From an uncultured Planctomycetota bacterium (GTDB lineage: Bacteria; Planctomycetota; Planctomycetia; Isosphaerales; Isosphaeraceae): a stretch of DNA of 64,000 nt. Under the pieces are notes generated by a model that saw only the letters and a list, made by a program, of their open reading frames with translations, did no database searches and was not told where the DNA came from. Shown one piece after another: positions 40,526 to 53,575 of the stretch. The translations under genes were made by a program, and so were the position numbers. How positions within the stretch are numbered: position 1 is the stretch's first letter; each line of letters opens with the position of its first letter. The stretch spans positions 1,760,001-1,824,000 of the forward strand of contig CAWGMQ010000005.1 of assembly GCA_963823665.1 (NCBI GenBank), written 5' to 3'.

Positions 40526-41110
40526 ATGCGGCATGCGGGTGGCGAAACCATCTGGTCGATCGAAGACTACCGCGACTATCTGCACTTGCTCGTCCGGCTC
40601 CAGCTTGGCTCGGGACTTCAGGCCAAGCTGGATGCCTCCGACGTTGTGCAGCAGGCGATTCTTCACGCTCACGAGAGGCGGACCCAGTTCCGGGGCGCGA
40701 CGGAGGCGGAGTGGCTCGGCTGGCTGCGCGCGATTCTGGCGAATGCCCTGGCGGGGGCGTCTCGACGACTCCACACACAAGCACGAGATCTTGGTCGCGA
40801 GCGTTCCCTGGACGCCGAGCTCGAGCATTCGGCTTCCCGGATGGAGCGCGTGCTCGCGGCCGATCAGACCTCGCCCAGCGAACGGGTTGTGCGTGGCGAG
40901 GAGCTGCGGCGGCTTGCCCACGCGATTGCCCGGCTGCCAGAGGATCAACGCCGGGTCGTGGAGCTGCATTATTTGAAGGGGCTCACGGTTGCCGACGTGG
41001 CGGAGCAGATTGGACGCACGCGCCCGGCGGCCGTCGGCCTGTTATTTCGCGGGTTGAAGCGGCTTCGCGAGCTGCTTCACGACCCGGAGGAGTCCAGGCA
41101 TGGGGCGTGA
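40526..41110 (+). CDS. ECF sigma factor (planctomycete subfamily)
   Basis: YRDYLHLLVR, KLDASDVVQ, WLRAILAN, TSPS, LPEDQRRVVELHY. Confidence 0.92.
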   Translation: MRHAGGETIWSIEDYRDYLHLLVRLQLGSGLQAKLDASDVVQQAILHAHERRTQFRGATEAEWLGWLRAILANALAGASRRLHTQARDLGRERSLDAELEHSASRMERVLAADQTSPSERVVRGEELRRLAHAIARLPEDQRRVVELHYLKGLTVADVAEQIGRTRPAAVGLLFRGLKRLRELLHDPEESRHGA

Positions 41111-43363
41111 ACTCATCGCCGACCCGGAGCGAGAAGAGCGGCGAAACCAGATCCTCCTGGACTACGTCGAGGCGCTCGAAGAAGGCCAGCAACCGGACCG
41201 GGGCGCGCTACTTGAGGCCCACCCGGACCTGAGGCCCGACCTGGAGGCGTTTCTCGACGGCGACGCCGAGATCCAGAGACTCACGGCGGGGCTTCGTGTC
41301 GGCGGGCGAATCGATGTTCATGGGCCTCTTGAAGAGCCAAGCGAAGCACCGGACGATCGTCCTGCCGGGATCGGCGCACTCGGCGATTTCCGGCTCTTGC
41401 GCGAGGTGGGCCGAGGCGGGATGGGAGTGGTGTACGAGGCCGAGCAGATCTCGCTCCGGCGGCGGGTTGCGCTCAAGGTCCTGCCGTTTGCTGCCGCCAT
41501 CGACCCGCGCCGGCTCCAGCGTTTCAAGACCGAGGCACTTGCGGCTGCGCACGTGCAGCACGAGAAAATCGTGCCGGTGCATGCCGTCGGCTGCGAACGA
41601 GGCGTTCACTATTACGCGATGCAATTCATCGAGGGGCAAAGCCTGGCCGCACTGATCGCGGACCTTCGCCGCCTGCGCGATGAGCAAAGCGCTCGCCCAT
41701 TCGGGGCCAGCGGGGAGCAGAACGACCGGGTGGCTGTGGGCGATCTGCCCGCAAGCCTTGCCGAGTCGAGTACGGGCGGCGATATCACGCTCGCCGCGAC
41801 GGCTATTTCGCGCGAACGATCGTCGGACTGCCGCCGGTATTTCGAGCGAGCGGCCGGGCTGGGCCGGCAGGCGGCGCTGGCACTGGAGCATGCGCACCAG
41901 TCGGGGATTGTGCATCGCGATGTGAAGCCGGGTAACCTGTTGCTGGACCTCCGGGGGCAGCTCTGGGTGACTGATTTCGGGCTGGCTCAGGTCACCGGCG
42001 ACCCCGGGCTCACGATCACGGGAGAGCTGCTGGGAACGTTACGTTACGCCAGCCCCGAGCAGGTTCTCGCTCGCCGCGGAATCGTCGACCACCGCAGCGA
42101 CATCTACTCGCTGGGCGCGACACTCTACGAGCTGCTGACGCTGCGCCCTCCCTTCGAGGGCCGCGACCGCAACGCGCTCTTCCGCCAGATCGCCGAGGAC
42201 GATCCTGTTCCACCGTGCGACCTGGACCGCTCGGTGCCTCGCGAGTTGGAGACGATCGTACTCAAGGCGTTGCGTAAGGATCCGGCCGACCGATACGGGA
42301 CGGCCCTGGAGATGGCCGACGACCTCGCGCGTTTCCTCGACGGCCGGCCGATCCTGGCTCGCCGGCCGACACCGGCCGAGCGGCTCCGAGGGTGGGCGCG
42401 ACGGCATCCCTCGCTCGTCGGGTCCGGTGTCGTGGCTCTCATCCTTCTGTCGGTCGCGTCGCTGGTGAGCATCGGACTCGTCCGCCGCGAACAGGCCAGG
42501 ACGCTTGAGGAGCAGCGGAAGGCGGAGTCGGCTTACCTGCGGGAGCGCCGCGCGCGGAGGAGGCCGAGGCGCGATTCGGCCTCGCCCGCCGGGCCGTGGA
42601 CGAGCTGATCCGGGCCAGCGAAGAGGAACTCGCACACCGGCCGGGCATGGAGGGGCTACGGAAGCGGCTGCTCACAACGGCGCTCGCCTACTACCGCGAA
42701 TTCATCGAGCAGCGCGGGAGCGACCCTGACGCACAGGCTGAATTGCGCGATACCACGCGACGGGTCGAGACAATCCTGGCTGATCTGGCAGTCCTTCGCG
42801 CCGCGGGGCAGCTTTACCTGCTTGCCCAGCCTTCGGCGCTCGATGACCTACACCTCGACAAGGGCCAAAGGGCGAAGGTAGCCGATCTTTCCGATCGCGC
42901 CGGGAGGCGGTGGATGGAGTCGTTCGGCGACCCGGCCCATCGGCACCCTCCGGTCGAGCGCGTGCGGATCGCTCTGGAGCAGGCCCGCGCCAACGAGGCT
43001 GAGATCGACGCGATCCTGACGCCATCGCAGCGGGTACGGCTGCGGCAGATCGCTCTCCAGGCTGAGGGGGCTTCAGCCTTCCGGGAGCCGGAAGTCGTCG
43101 AGGCACTCGGGCTTGCGCCGGGCAGCGCGAGCGAATCCGCGCGATCGAGGAGGAGAACCTGTTCAACCAGATGCGCGAGATGAACTCGGGGAAGGCCGCC
43201 GAGGCGACCGGCAAGACGGCGATGGAGCACATCGAGGGAGTGCTGACTGGCAGAGCAGGCGCGGCGCTGGAAGGAGATGGCCGGTGAGCCGATCCGCGGC
43301 ACGCTCAACGCCTTCCCCACGCCGTTCCGAACACAGCGCGACCCGCGGCGGATGACTCGCTGA
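41100..43363 (+). CDS. Ser/Thr protein kinase with transmembrane helix and helical C-terminus; several frameshifts
   Basis: VGRGGMGVVY, HRDVKPGN, DFGLAQ, GTLRYASPE; continues in ORF 42596..43183 and further frames to TGA 43361-43363. Confidence 0.85.
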
Positions 43364-43489
43364 GGGTTGCTCGATGGGCCGGAACGCGAGTGCGAAAAAA
43401 ATCTGTCTCGCGCGCGACACAAACCGCCGGAATGCATCTCTACCTTCAGGAAATGTCTCCGTCAGCCTGATTTCTCGTGAGGTCACTGC

Positions 43490-46400
43490 ATGCGTCGACG
43501 AGCCCTCGCCACTGCAACCGTGCTGAGCTGCTGGGTCCTATTCCTTGCCCGCCCGGTGCCGTACTCAAGGGCCGCGGACGACGGCGACGCAAAACGTAAG
43601 GCAGCCGGCGCGGACTTCTTCGGTCTCACGAAGATCGTGAAGCTGGACATCCAGATCCCGGCGGAAGAATATCAGAGCATGCAGCCCCCTGCCCCGCCGG
43701 GTGCGCCGGCGCGCCGGGTGGTCCACCGCCGGTTCGTCGTCCGGGGAAGCCCGGGGAGCGAGCAAGCGAACGGAACCTCTTTGGCATCGAGTTTCGCTGG
43801 GCGCGCGGGGACGTCACGGTAGAAGGGAAGACGTACAAGGGCGTCAGTCTCCGGTACTCGGGGAATGCCTCCTACCTGGCATCGGCGGGGGGCCTGAAGC
43901 GTTCCCTCCTGATCGAGTTGGACAAGTCCGAGCAGGCCAATTTCCACGGGCTTCGCGCGATTCAGCTTCAGGGCGGTGCGCTTGACCCCACGAAGGCGCG
44001 GGAGGCGCTCGCCTTCGCCTATTTCCGCGAGGCCGGCGTGCCCGCGCCGCGCACGGCTCTGGCCGACGTAACGCTCACCGTCCCCGGCGAACATGACAAG
44101 GCTTATCTCGGCCTTTATACCCTCGTCGAGCCCGTGGACCGGGCCTTCCTGACGGATCGCTTTCATACCGACAAGGGTCTGCTCGTCCGGCCGCAGGGAC
44201 TTCGCGGCCTCGATTTCCTGGGCGACGGTTGGGCGAGATACCGCGGCCCCTACCGGCCTCTGGCCGAGCCGACGCCCGAGGATGGCAAGCGCCTCATCGA
44301 GTTCCTCCGGCTCGTCGGGCAAGGCGACGACGAACAGTTCCGGAAGGAGATCCGGTCCTACCTCGACGTCGAGGAGTTCCTGCGATTCATGGCCGTCCAG
44401 GCCCTGATCGCGAACGCTGACGGCTTCTTCACGCTCGCGTACAACTACTCGCTCTTCCTGGATCCGAACACGAACCGATTTGTCTTCATCCCCGGCGACC
44501 AGGAGCTTTCGTTCGCGAACTTCTTGATGATGGGATCGGCCGATCAGCTCATGGACATGAGCCTTGCCCGCCCCTACGGCGGGGAAAACAAGCTGGCCGA
44601 CCGGCTGCTCGCGATCAATGACGTGAAAGATGCCTATCAGAAGATCGTGAAGGACCTCGCCTCGAGCGTTTTCCGCAAGGAGCGCCTCCTGGCCGACGTG
44701 CTGGCCATCGACGGTGCGACAAAAGCGATGCGCGAGCGCGAAGCGGCCGCGCGCGAGGAACGAGCGGAGCCGCCCGTAGGATTTGGCCCGCCGGGAGGGC
44801 CGGCGGCGCCTGACCTCCGCACGTTTGCCGAGAAGCGAGCTGTCTCGATCGCGGACCAGCTCGCGGGCAAGAAGGATGGCTATCGGCCTCAGTTTAACTT
44901 CGGCCCGCCGGGCCGTGGGGCACCAGCGAAGCCAGTCGACGACAAGACGATCGGCGACGTGGTCAAGGCGCCCTCCGGGTTCCGCGTCACGCTCTTCGCG
45001 GCGCCGCCGAAAGTCGGTTATCCGGTGACTCTCTCGGTGGCTCCAGATGGTGCGGTGTATGTCGCCGTGGACGAGCAGGGTTCGCTGGGCCGTACGCCGG
45101 GGGGCGGCCGGGTTCTCCGCTGCTACGATGACGACGGCGACGGCAAGGCCGACCGCGTGAATGTGTTTGCGAAGATGGACCACCCGCGCGGCGTGATCGC
45201 TGTGGACGGGAAGGTGTGGGTACTGCACCCGCCGTTTCTGAGCGTGTTCCTCGACAATGACGGCGACGGCGTCTCTGACCGGCAGGAGGTGCTGGTCTCG
45301 GGGTTGACGACCAGTCTGATCGACGAGCGCGGCGGCGACCACACGACCAACGGCATCCGCATGGGCGTTGACGGCTGGATCTACATCGCCGTGGGCGACT
45401 ACGGATTCCACAGGGCCAAAGGGAAAGACGGCACCATACTCTCCCAGAGGGGCGGCGGCATCCTCCGCGTGCGACCGGATGGAACGGAGCTGGAGGTTTT
45501 TGCGACTGGCCTGCGCAATCCGTTCGCCATCGCAATCGACCCGTATTTGAACCTCTTCACGAGGGACAACACGAACGACGGGGCTGGCTGGGACGTGCGC
45601 GTGAGCCATCTCATCCAGACCGCGGAGTACGGCTATACACGCACATTCGCCAACTATCCCGACGAGATCATGCCGACGCTCGGCGCCTACGGCCAGGGGG
45701 GCGGAACGGGCGCCTTATTCCTGCAAGACGAGCGATGGCCTCAGTCGTATCGCGGCGCGCTGCTTACCGGTGACTGGGGACGGAGCGAGGTCTACCGGCA
45801 CGACCTGCGCCCGGCCGGGGCGAGCTTCCGTGCGAATTCGACCGTGTTCCTGTCCATCCCCCGGCCGACGGGCATGGACATCGCCGGCGACGGCCGGCTC
45901 TATGTGGCGAGCTGGCGAGGCGGCGAGGCTGCCGTCTATGTCGGGCCACAGGTCGGCTTCCTCGCGTGTGTCACGCCACCCGGCTGGAGCCCAACCTCGC
46001 CGGCCACAAGACCGAGTTCGGCCCCGCTCGCCGAGCTTATCGACGAGTTGTCAGACCCGAATGCCACGGCGAGTTTTCACTGCCAGCGTGAAATCCTCAA
46101 GCGCGGCCCGTCGGCAGAGACGACCCGGCTTCTGGCCGGCGTCGTATCCGATCCCGCACGGCCTCTGCACGGGCGAGTCGCGGCCCTGTTCGCGCTCAAG
46201 CAGCTCGACGGGACCGGCTCGCATGCCTTGCTGCGGACACTCACGGACAACGGCATCCGCGAGTTCGCACTCAGGGCCCTGGCCGATCGCAAGACAGAGC
46301 TCAAGGGTGTCGAGACCGGCCCGTTCGTGGCGGCACTCGCCGATTCCTCGCCTCGGGTGCGGACACAAGCCGCGATCGCGCTCGGACGATTGGGGGATCT

Positions 46401-47457
46401 CAGGATCGCTGCAAGCCTCATCCCACTGACATCGCGTCCGGAGGGCTCGCTGATGCCGACGGCCAGGCCCGTGCATGCTCAGCCGGACCCGGATCGGGCC
46501 GTGCCCCATCTGGCCATGCGGGCGCTTGTGGCGCTGCGGGCGGTTGACGCTTGCCTGGAAGCACTCGATGGCCCCCATCGCGAGGGTGCCCTTCGCGTCT
46601 TGAGGTTCCTGCACGAGCCGAAGGCCGTTGAAGGGCTCATCAAGAAGCTGTCGACGGCACATTCCGCCGAGGCACGCCGCGGCCTACTGGCAACCCTGGT
46701 GCGTCTCTATCATCGCGAGGCGCCCTACGAGGGAAGCTGGTGGGGAATTCGGCCGGACACCACCGGCCCGTACTTCGATCCGCAGGAGTGGGAGGGCAGC
46801 TCGCGGATTGCCTCGGTGCTGAAGGCGGCCGTTCTTGACAGCGACACCGAGACGGCGACGTTTCTCCGCCGCGAGCTGGCGCGGCAGCGGGTGCGCCTCA
46901 AAGGGCTGCCGGCCGACTCCGGGGCAGACCGGCACAGGGAAGAGGAGATCCGCGTGTTGATCGCAAAGACCGATCCGAAGAACCCGGATCAGATCGGCAA
47001 CATGACGTATGAGACCGCCGTGAGGCGCGCCCTGGATGCGAGGGGGGACGCAGAGCGAGGCAAAGCCGCGTTTGCGGCGCAGTCATGCCGCGCCTGCCAC
47101 ACCGTTGCCGACGGCCAGACGCCCAAGGGCCCGCATCTGGTGGACATCGGCAAGCGCTATAGCCCCGCGGAGCTCGTGGAGTCGATCTTGAAGCCGAGTG
47201 CCAAGATCGCGCAAGGGTACGAAGCCTACAACTTCGCGATGGCCGACGGCCGGGTCTTTAGCGGCTTCGTCGTGAGCGAAGGAGGCTCGACGGTGCAGAT
47301 CCGCGAGTCGTCGGGCGCCCTGCACGAGCTGAAGCGGTCTGACATCGAGGAGCGCCGGCGGCAAGAGCCGTCAACAATGCCCGAAGGAATTGCGGGCACG
47401 CTGACGCCCGGCCAACTGGCGGATCTTGTCGCCTATCTCCAGTCGTTGACACAATGA
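43490..47457 (+). CDS. CotH-kinase-like domain fused to PVC-type beta-propeller dehydrogenase, HEAT repeats and cytochrome c; frameshift near 43710
   Basis: Signal peptide; CotH motifs (AGVPAPRTA, YLGLYTLVEPVD, YLDVEEFLRF); DDDGDGKAD, GLRNP propeller; HEAT repeats; CRACH...GPHL...MPEG. Confidence 0.85.
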
Positions 47458-47498
47458 GTCAGGCTAAAGCCTGACCTACAGTGAGAGGTTTTCCCCAA

Positions 47499-50194
47499 AT
47501 GATGAGATTTTCAGCCCGAGCGGCGCCCCTCATCATCCTGGTCTTCATGAGCCAGGCCCTCGCTCAGACTCAGCGGTTCCCCGCGTTTGACCCGGAGCAG
47601 ATCTTCGTTCTCGGCGACGCCGACTTGGACGGCCGGCTCTCGCTGGAGGAGTATCGCGAGCTGCTCCGAGCCTCGCCCCGGATGAAGGCCGCAGCGACCT
47701 CGATCGAGCCGCTGTTCCGCCGGCTTGATACCGACCACGATGGGTTCGTCTCGCTGCCCGAATACCGCAAGAGTTTTCCCCAACGGTCGACCGGTGCGCC
47801 CGTCAAGCCGGAAGCGCCCGCCACGGCGGTGGCCAACGCCGGCGTCAAGATCACCCCCGATCAAGAAAAGTTCTTCGAAACAAGGATCCGCCCTGTCCTC
47901 GTGGGACAATGTTTCAAGTGCCACGCGAGCACCGCGGAGAAGTTGCGGGGCGGGCTGCGACTCGATACGCGCGATGGCCCGCGCACGGGCGGCGACTCCG
48001 GGCCGGCGGTCGTACCTGGCAATCTCGAGGAGAGCTTGCTCATCCGCGCGATCCGCTACACCGAGAAGGAGCTTCGCATGCCGCCCAAGGCGAAGCTCCC
48101 CGACCAGGTCGTCGCGGACTTCGAGGCCTGGGTGAAGATGGGTGCGCCCGACCCGAGGTCTGATGGAGCAAGCGCCACGGCTCGCCCCCCGGTTGACCTT
48201 GCGAAGGGGCGAGAGTTCTGGTCGTTCCGGCCGCCGAAGAAGTCCGAGCCGCCCGCGCTTAGCGCGCAGACTGGCCGCGCGGCGAGATTGACCGCTTCCT
48301 CCTCGCCGCGCTTGAGGCACGCGGTCTTTCTCCCGTGGGAGACGCCGATCGCCCGGCGCTGGTGCGCCGGGTGACGTTCGACCTGCTCGGGCTGCCTCCC
48401 CCGCCCGAGGAGGTCGATGCGTTCCTGCAAGATCGCTCGACTGATGCGTTTGCCCACGCGGTCGACCGGCTGCTCGCCTCCCCCCGCTTCGGCGAGCGAT
48501 GGGGACGGCACTGGCTCGACGTCGCGCGGTTCGCCGAGTCAAGCGGTAAGACGAACTTCACGTATCCCCAGGCCTGGCGGTACCGCGACTGGGTGATCGC
48601 TTCGTTCAACGCCGACAAACCTTTTGATCACTTCGTCCGCGAGCAGATCGCGGGCGATCTTCTCCCCGCCCAGGACGACCGCAAGCGGGCCGAGCAGCTC
48701 ATCGCAACCGGCTTCCTCGCCATCGGCAGCAAGGCCCATGACTCCGAGAACCACAGGCAGTTCGTGCTTGATGTGATTGACGAGCAGATCGAAGCGACCA
48801 CGCGCGCCTTCATCGGGCTCACGGTCGCCTGCGCCCGCTGCCACGATCACAAGATGGACCCGATTCCCCAGCGCGACTACTACGCCCTCTCGGGAATTTT
48901 TCGCAGCACCCAAACCTGTTCGGGCACGCTGGCCGGCGTCTTCCCGAATTTCAACGCATCGCCGCTCGTCGAGCTGCCCGCCGGCGCGGATGTGGCGTCA
49001 GCCGTATCGTCGCTCTCGGCCGCTCAGAGAACCGCGATGGAGGAGCGCGTGGCCACGCTCGTTCGCGAGCGCGACGCCATTCCCCGGGGCGAAGCGAGCC
49101 GGGACCGGATGCGGCGGGTGAACTCGCAGCTCGCCGTGGTGCGATACCGCCTGGCCATCGACCGCCCCGGCAACACGCCCCGCGCCTTCGCGATGGGAGT
49201 GCGCGAGCGAGACCAGACGATCGACAGCCCGCTGTATGCGCGCGGCGAGCTGGACCAGCCCGGTGAGACCGTGCCTCGAGGCCTCGTACGGGTGCTGTGC
49301 GCCGAGACGAACGCGACGATCGCCGAAGGAAGCGGCCGTCGCGAGCTCGCTGATTGGCTCGCCTCCTCTGCGAATCCGCTGACCGCCCGTGTGATCGTGA
49401 ATCGCGTCTGGCTACACCTCTTTGGCCGCGGGCTGGTGCCGACGCCTGATAACTTTGGGGCCGCCGGCGGCGCACCGAGCCACCCGGAACTGCTCGACAC
49501 GCTGGCTGTGGAGTTCATGGCGGACGGCTGGTCGACCAAGAGGCTGATCCGCCGGATCGTGCTCAGCCGGGCTTATGGCCTCAGCTCGGCCTATGATCCA
49601 CGTAATTTCGAGACTGACCCTGATAACACACTCGTCTGGCGGATGAGCCGGCGGCGGCTCGAAGGCGAGGCCGTGCGCGATGCTCTACTGTTCGTGAGCG
49701 GACGGCTCACGACCGAGCCGCCGGTCGGGTCGATGGTGGCGCGTACGGGTGAGGGACTTGCCATGTTCCTGCGCATGACCGGCCTGGACGCTTCGGACAC
49801 GCATCGGTCTGTCTACCTGCCGGTCGTCCGGGATCAAGTACTCGAATCGCTCGCCCTGTTCGACTTCGCCGACCCGAGTCTAGTCACCGGGCAGCGGGCC
49901 GCGACGACCGGACCGGCCCAGGCGCTTTACTTCATGAACGGGCCGTTTGTGATCCGGCAGGCAGAGGCCCTGGCCGAGCGCGTTTGCAGTGCAGTTGAGC
50001 CCGAAGCCCGTAGAGTCGACATGGCCTATCGGCTTGCCTTCGCGCGTGCGCCAACCGAAACAGAGCGAGATCGCGCCGTGGCGTTTCTGCGGGATTTCGC
50101 GGGACGCGCCGGCGGGACCAACCCGATGCGGGCGGCCTGGTCGGCGTTATGCCAGGCCATGTTCGCCAGTGCTGAATTCCGGTATCTGTATTGA
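47499..50194 (+). CDS. EF-hand + planctomycete cytochrome c / DUF1549 / DUF1553 protein; frameshift near 48265
   Basis: DADLDGRLSLEEY and DTDHDGFVSLPEY EF-hands; CFKCH; ERWGRHWLDVARFAES; CARCHDHK; NPLTARVIVNRVW. Confidence 0.9.
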
Positions 50195-50232
50195 TCGACC
50201 GCGTGCTGCTACGCCCAGAGAGGACCGACCCG

Positions 50233-51615
50233 ATGCCCCCGATTGGTTTTTCGCGGCGTGCATTGCTGAAGCGAGTCTCATCCGGGTTCGGCTATCTGGC
50301 CTTCGCGGGTTTGTCGACGATGGAGGCCGCCGGTTCGGGCGACTCGCCGCTGGCGCCAAAGCCCCCGCACTTCCCAGCGCGGGCCAAGCGGGTGATCTTT
50401 CTTTGCATGAACGGGGCACCTTCGCACGTCGACACGTTCGACTTTAAGCCCAAGCTTGCGGACGCCGACGGCAAGGTGTCCGATCGTCCGGGCCGCATTC
50501 CAGGGGCGAAGCTGATGAAAGCGCTATGGAAGTTCCAGCAGCGAGGAAAGAGCGGGCTGTGGATTTCCGAGTTGTTCCCGGAGGTCGCCTCACACGCCGA
50601 CGAGCTGTGCGTGATCCGGAGCATGCGCACCGACCTGCCGGCGCACCCGGAAGCGTACCTGATGTTGCACACCGGCAGCTCGCAGTTCATCCGCCCCTCG
50701 CTGGGCGCGTGGACGCTCTACGGTCTTGGGACCGAGAGTGACGATCTGCCCGGGTTCATCTCGGTGAAGCCGACCGGACGCAACGGTGGTGCGCAGAACT
50801 ACGGCAGCGCGTTTCTCCCTGCCGCCTGCCAGGCGACCCGCATCGGCAACGAGGGGCAACCAATTGCCCAGGCGCGGGTCGGCAACATCAAGAACCCTGG
50901 GCTGAGCGCCTCGAACCAGCGGCTCCAGCTCGACTTCTTGCAGGCGATGAATCGTGAACTTCTGGAGCGCGAGCGGGTTGATCCCGAGGTCGAAGGGGTG
51001 ATCCAGTCGTACGAGCTGGCCTTTCGAATGCAGGGGAAGCTGCCCGCCGTGACAGACCTCGCAGGCGAGTCGGCGGCGACCAAAAAGCTCTATGGCCTGG
51101 ATGATCCGGCGACCGCGGACTTTGGCCACCAGTGCCTGCTGGCACGACGCTTCGTCGAGGCCGGCGTTCGTTTCGTCGAGCTGACGCACGGCGACTGGGA
51201 CCAGCACCGCGGCCTGAGGGCCGGACATACGCGGAACGCGCGGGCCGTCGACCGACCGATTGCCGGGTTGCTGACAGACCTCCGCACGCGCGGGTTGCTG
51301 GACGACACGCTCGTGATCTGGGGCGGCGAGTTCGGCCGCACGCCGCACGGTCAGAATGCCGACGGCCGCGACCATAACAACAAGGGATATACAGTCTGGC
51401 TGGCCGGCGGAGGCGTGAAGCCGGGGACCGCCTACGGCCAGACCGACGAGCTGGGCTATGAGGCGGTCGAAAACCCCATGCATGTGCATGACCTCCATGC
51501 CACCATCCTGCACCTGCTGGGGCTGGACCACGAACGCCTGACGTATCGCTATGCCGGCCGCGACATGCGGCTGACCGACGTCAAGGGAATCGTTCACCGT
51601 GGCATCCTGGCGTGA
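50233..51615 (+). CDS. DUF1501 domain protein
   Basis: SRRALL; AKRVIFLCMNGAPSHVDTFD; WGGEFGRTP; GRDHN. Confidence 0.93.
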   Translation: MPPIGFSRRALLKRVSSGFGYLAFAGLSTMEAAGSGDSPLAPKPPHFPARAKRVIFLCMNGAPSHVDTFDFKPKLADADGKVSDRPGRIPGAKLMKALWKFQQRGKSGLWISELFPEVASHADELCVIRSMRTDLPAHPEAYLMLHTGSSQFIRPSLGAWTLYGLGTESDDLPGFISVKPTGRNGGAQNYGSAFLPAACQATRIGNEGQPIAQARVGNIKNPGLSASNQRLQLDFLQAMNRELLERERVDPEVEGVIQSYELAFRMQGKLPAVTDLAGESAATKKLYGLDDPATADFGHQCLLARRFVEAGVRFVELTHGDWDQHRGLRAGHTRNARAVDRPIAGLLTDLRTRGLLDDTLVIWGGEFGRTPHGQNADGRDHNNKGYTVWLAGGGVKPGTAYGQTDELGYEAVENPMHVHDLHATILHLLGLDHERLTYRYAGRDMRLTDVKGIVHRGILA

Positions 51616-51710
51616 CGCCCGTGGGGGCTAGCGCAGGAGAGCATTGCTCGCGCGGGTCGTGTATATTGCAGCGTTCCTGACATCCTCCCCGAGGTTCCGA
51701 GGCCACTCCG

Positions 51711-53198
51711 ATGCCAAGAGCCATATTCGCCGCACCCCTCGTCTGCAGCCTGGCCTTGCCTGCCTTCGCGCAGGAGCCGAAAAAGGCTGCCCCCGCTCCA
51801 CGCCAGTTGACGGCGGCCCAGCAAGAGATCCAGAAAGCGACCCAGCGAGACCACAAGCTCATGATGGAGGCGCTGGGGATCAAGTCGCTGCGCGAGGGTG
51901 CAAACGGCAACAACCGCAATGCGCCCAACGCAGCCAATTACGACGAGTCGAAAGTCAAGGCATTCACGCTGCCCGATGCGCTCGTCTGCAAGGATGGGAC
52001 GAAGGTCACGAGCCCCGAACAGTGGTGGAGCAAGCGGCGGCCAGAGATCGTCGAGGACTTCGACCGCGAGGTTTACGGCCGAGTGCCCAAGGACGTGCCC
52101 AAGGTGACCTGGGAGGTGACAGGCACGACGAACGAGAAGATTGGCGACATACCGGCGATCACCAAGCGGCTTCTGGGGCACGTCGACAACACCAAGTTCC
52201 CGGAGATCAAGGTTGATATTCAGCTCACGCTGACGACGCCGGCCGAGGCCAAAGGGCCGGTGCCGGTGATGATGGAGTTTGGCTTCGGCGGTTTCGGCTT
52301 CCGTCCGGGCGGCCCACCCGGCAAGGCCGCCACCAAGAAAGCCGGCGACGCTCCGCAGACAAAGGCGATGACGAAAGGCGGAGGTTTTGGCGGTTTCGGA
52401 GGCGGCGGGCCGTCGTGGCAGCAGCAGGTGCTCGCCAAGGGCTGGGGTTATGCCATCATCGTTCCGAACAGCATCCAGGCCGACTACGGCGCGGGGCTGA
52501 CCAAGGGAATCATCGGCCTGTGCAACCAGGGCAAGCCCCGCAAGCCGGAGGACTGGGGATCCCTGCGCGCCTGGGCCTGGGGCGCGAGCCGGGCGCTTGA
52601 CTACTTCGAGACGGATAACGCCGTCGACGCCAAGCACGTCGGTATTGAAGGGCTCTCGCGGTACGGCAAGGCGGCGCTCGTCACGATGGCGTATGACGAG
52701 CGATTCGCGATCGGCTTTATCGGCTCTTCGGGTGAGGGTGGAGCGAAGCTGCATCGCCGCAACTTCGGCGAGCTGGTCGAGAACCTGACCGGCTCGGGCG
52801 AGTATCACTGGATGGCGGGGAACTTCATCAAGTACGGCGGCCCGCTGACGCCGAACGACCTGCCGGTGGACGCCCACGAGCTGATCGCGATGTGTGCACC
52901 GCGGCCGACATTCATCAGCTATGGGGCCGCTTCGGGTCCGGGAGCAGAGGGCCAGTGGGTCGACCAGCGCGGCAGCTTCCAGGCGGCAGTGGCGGCCGGC
53001 CCGGTGTTCAAGCTGCTGGGCAAGAAGGACCTGGGCACGTCGGAATTCCCTGAGGTCGAGACGGGACTCACCGAAGGTGAACTCGCCTTCCGGCAGCACA
53101 AGGGCGGGCACACGACCGGGCCGAACTGGCCGACGTTTCTGGCGTTTGCCGACCGGTATATCCAGGTTAAGAAAGCAACAGAGACGAGCGGAAACTAA
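51711..53198 (+). CDS. CE15 glucuronoyl-esterase-like carbohydrate esterase
   Basis: Signal peptide; NYDESK; AWAWGASRALDY; GLSRYGK nucleophile motif; PVDAHELIAMCAPRP. Confidence 0.88.
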   Translation: MPRAIFAAPLVCSLALPAFAQEPKKAAPAPRQLTAAQQEIQKATQRDHKLMMEALGIKSLREGANGNNRNAPNAANYDESKVKAFTLPDALVCKDGTKVTSPEQWWSKRRPEIVEDFDREVYGRVPKDVPKVTWEVTGTTNEKIGDIPAITKRLLGHVDNTKFPEIKVDIQLTLTTPAEAKGPVPVMMEFGFGGFGFRPGGPPGKAATKKAGDAPQTKAMTKGGGFGGFGGGGPSWQQQVLAKGWGYAIIVPNSIQADYGAGLTKGIIGLCNQGKPRKPEDWGSLRAWAWGASRALDYFETDNAVDAKHVGIEGLSRYGKAALVTMAYDERFAIGFIGSSGEGGAKLHRRNFGELVENLTGSGEYHWMAGNFIKYGGPLTPNDLPVDAHELIAMCAPRPTFISYGAASGPGAEGQWVDQRGSFQAAVAAGPVFKLLGKKDLGTSEFPEVETGLTEGELAFRQHKGGHTTGPNWPTFLAFADRYIQVKKATETSGN

Positions 53199-53231
53199 AC
53201 GGCACTTCGCAACTTCGGGGAGCGCGAGGCA

Positions 53232-53575
53232 GGCCTGTTGAAAGCTTGTAATTCAACGAACGTCGATTTCTCGCCGCGTCTGTTGCGCAAAGCTTCCCCC
53301 CTCACGAAAGGGGGCATGGGGGACTGTTGAAAACTCGCAGTATCAGGAGCGGAGATTTCCCGTCGCGAATGTTGCGCCAAGCTTCCCCCCCTTTAGAAGG
53401 GGGGGCCAGGGGGGGTCCGTCCCGGCGGCCGCCATCGCTAAAACGTCGCGCAACAGAAAACGCGGTATCGTTCGCCTCGAAATTCGCCGACACGCCCCGC
53501 TTTTCAACAGCCCAGGCTAGGGGGGGTCCTCTCCAGCGCATCGTCGCCGCGAAGCCGTCTCGCAACAAAAACCGC
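53232..53575. mobile_element. Two nested copies of a MITE-like element containing a C-run/G-run hairpin
   Basis: Inner copy 53320..53513 has terminal inverted repeats GGGACTGTTGAAAA / TTTTCAACAGCCC. The outer diverged copy starts GGCCTGTTGAAA at 53232 and resumes after 53513. Confidence 0.65.
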
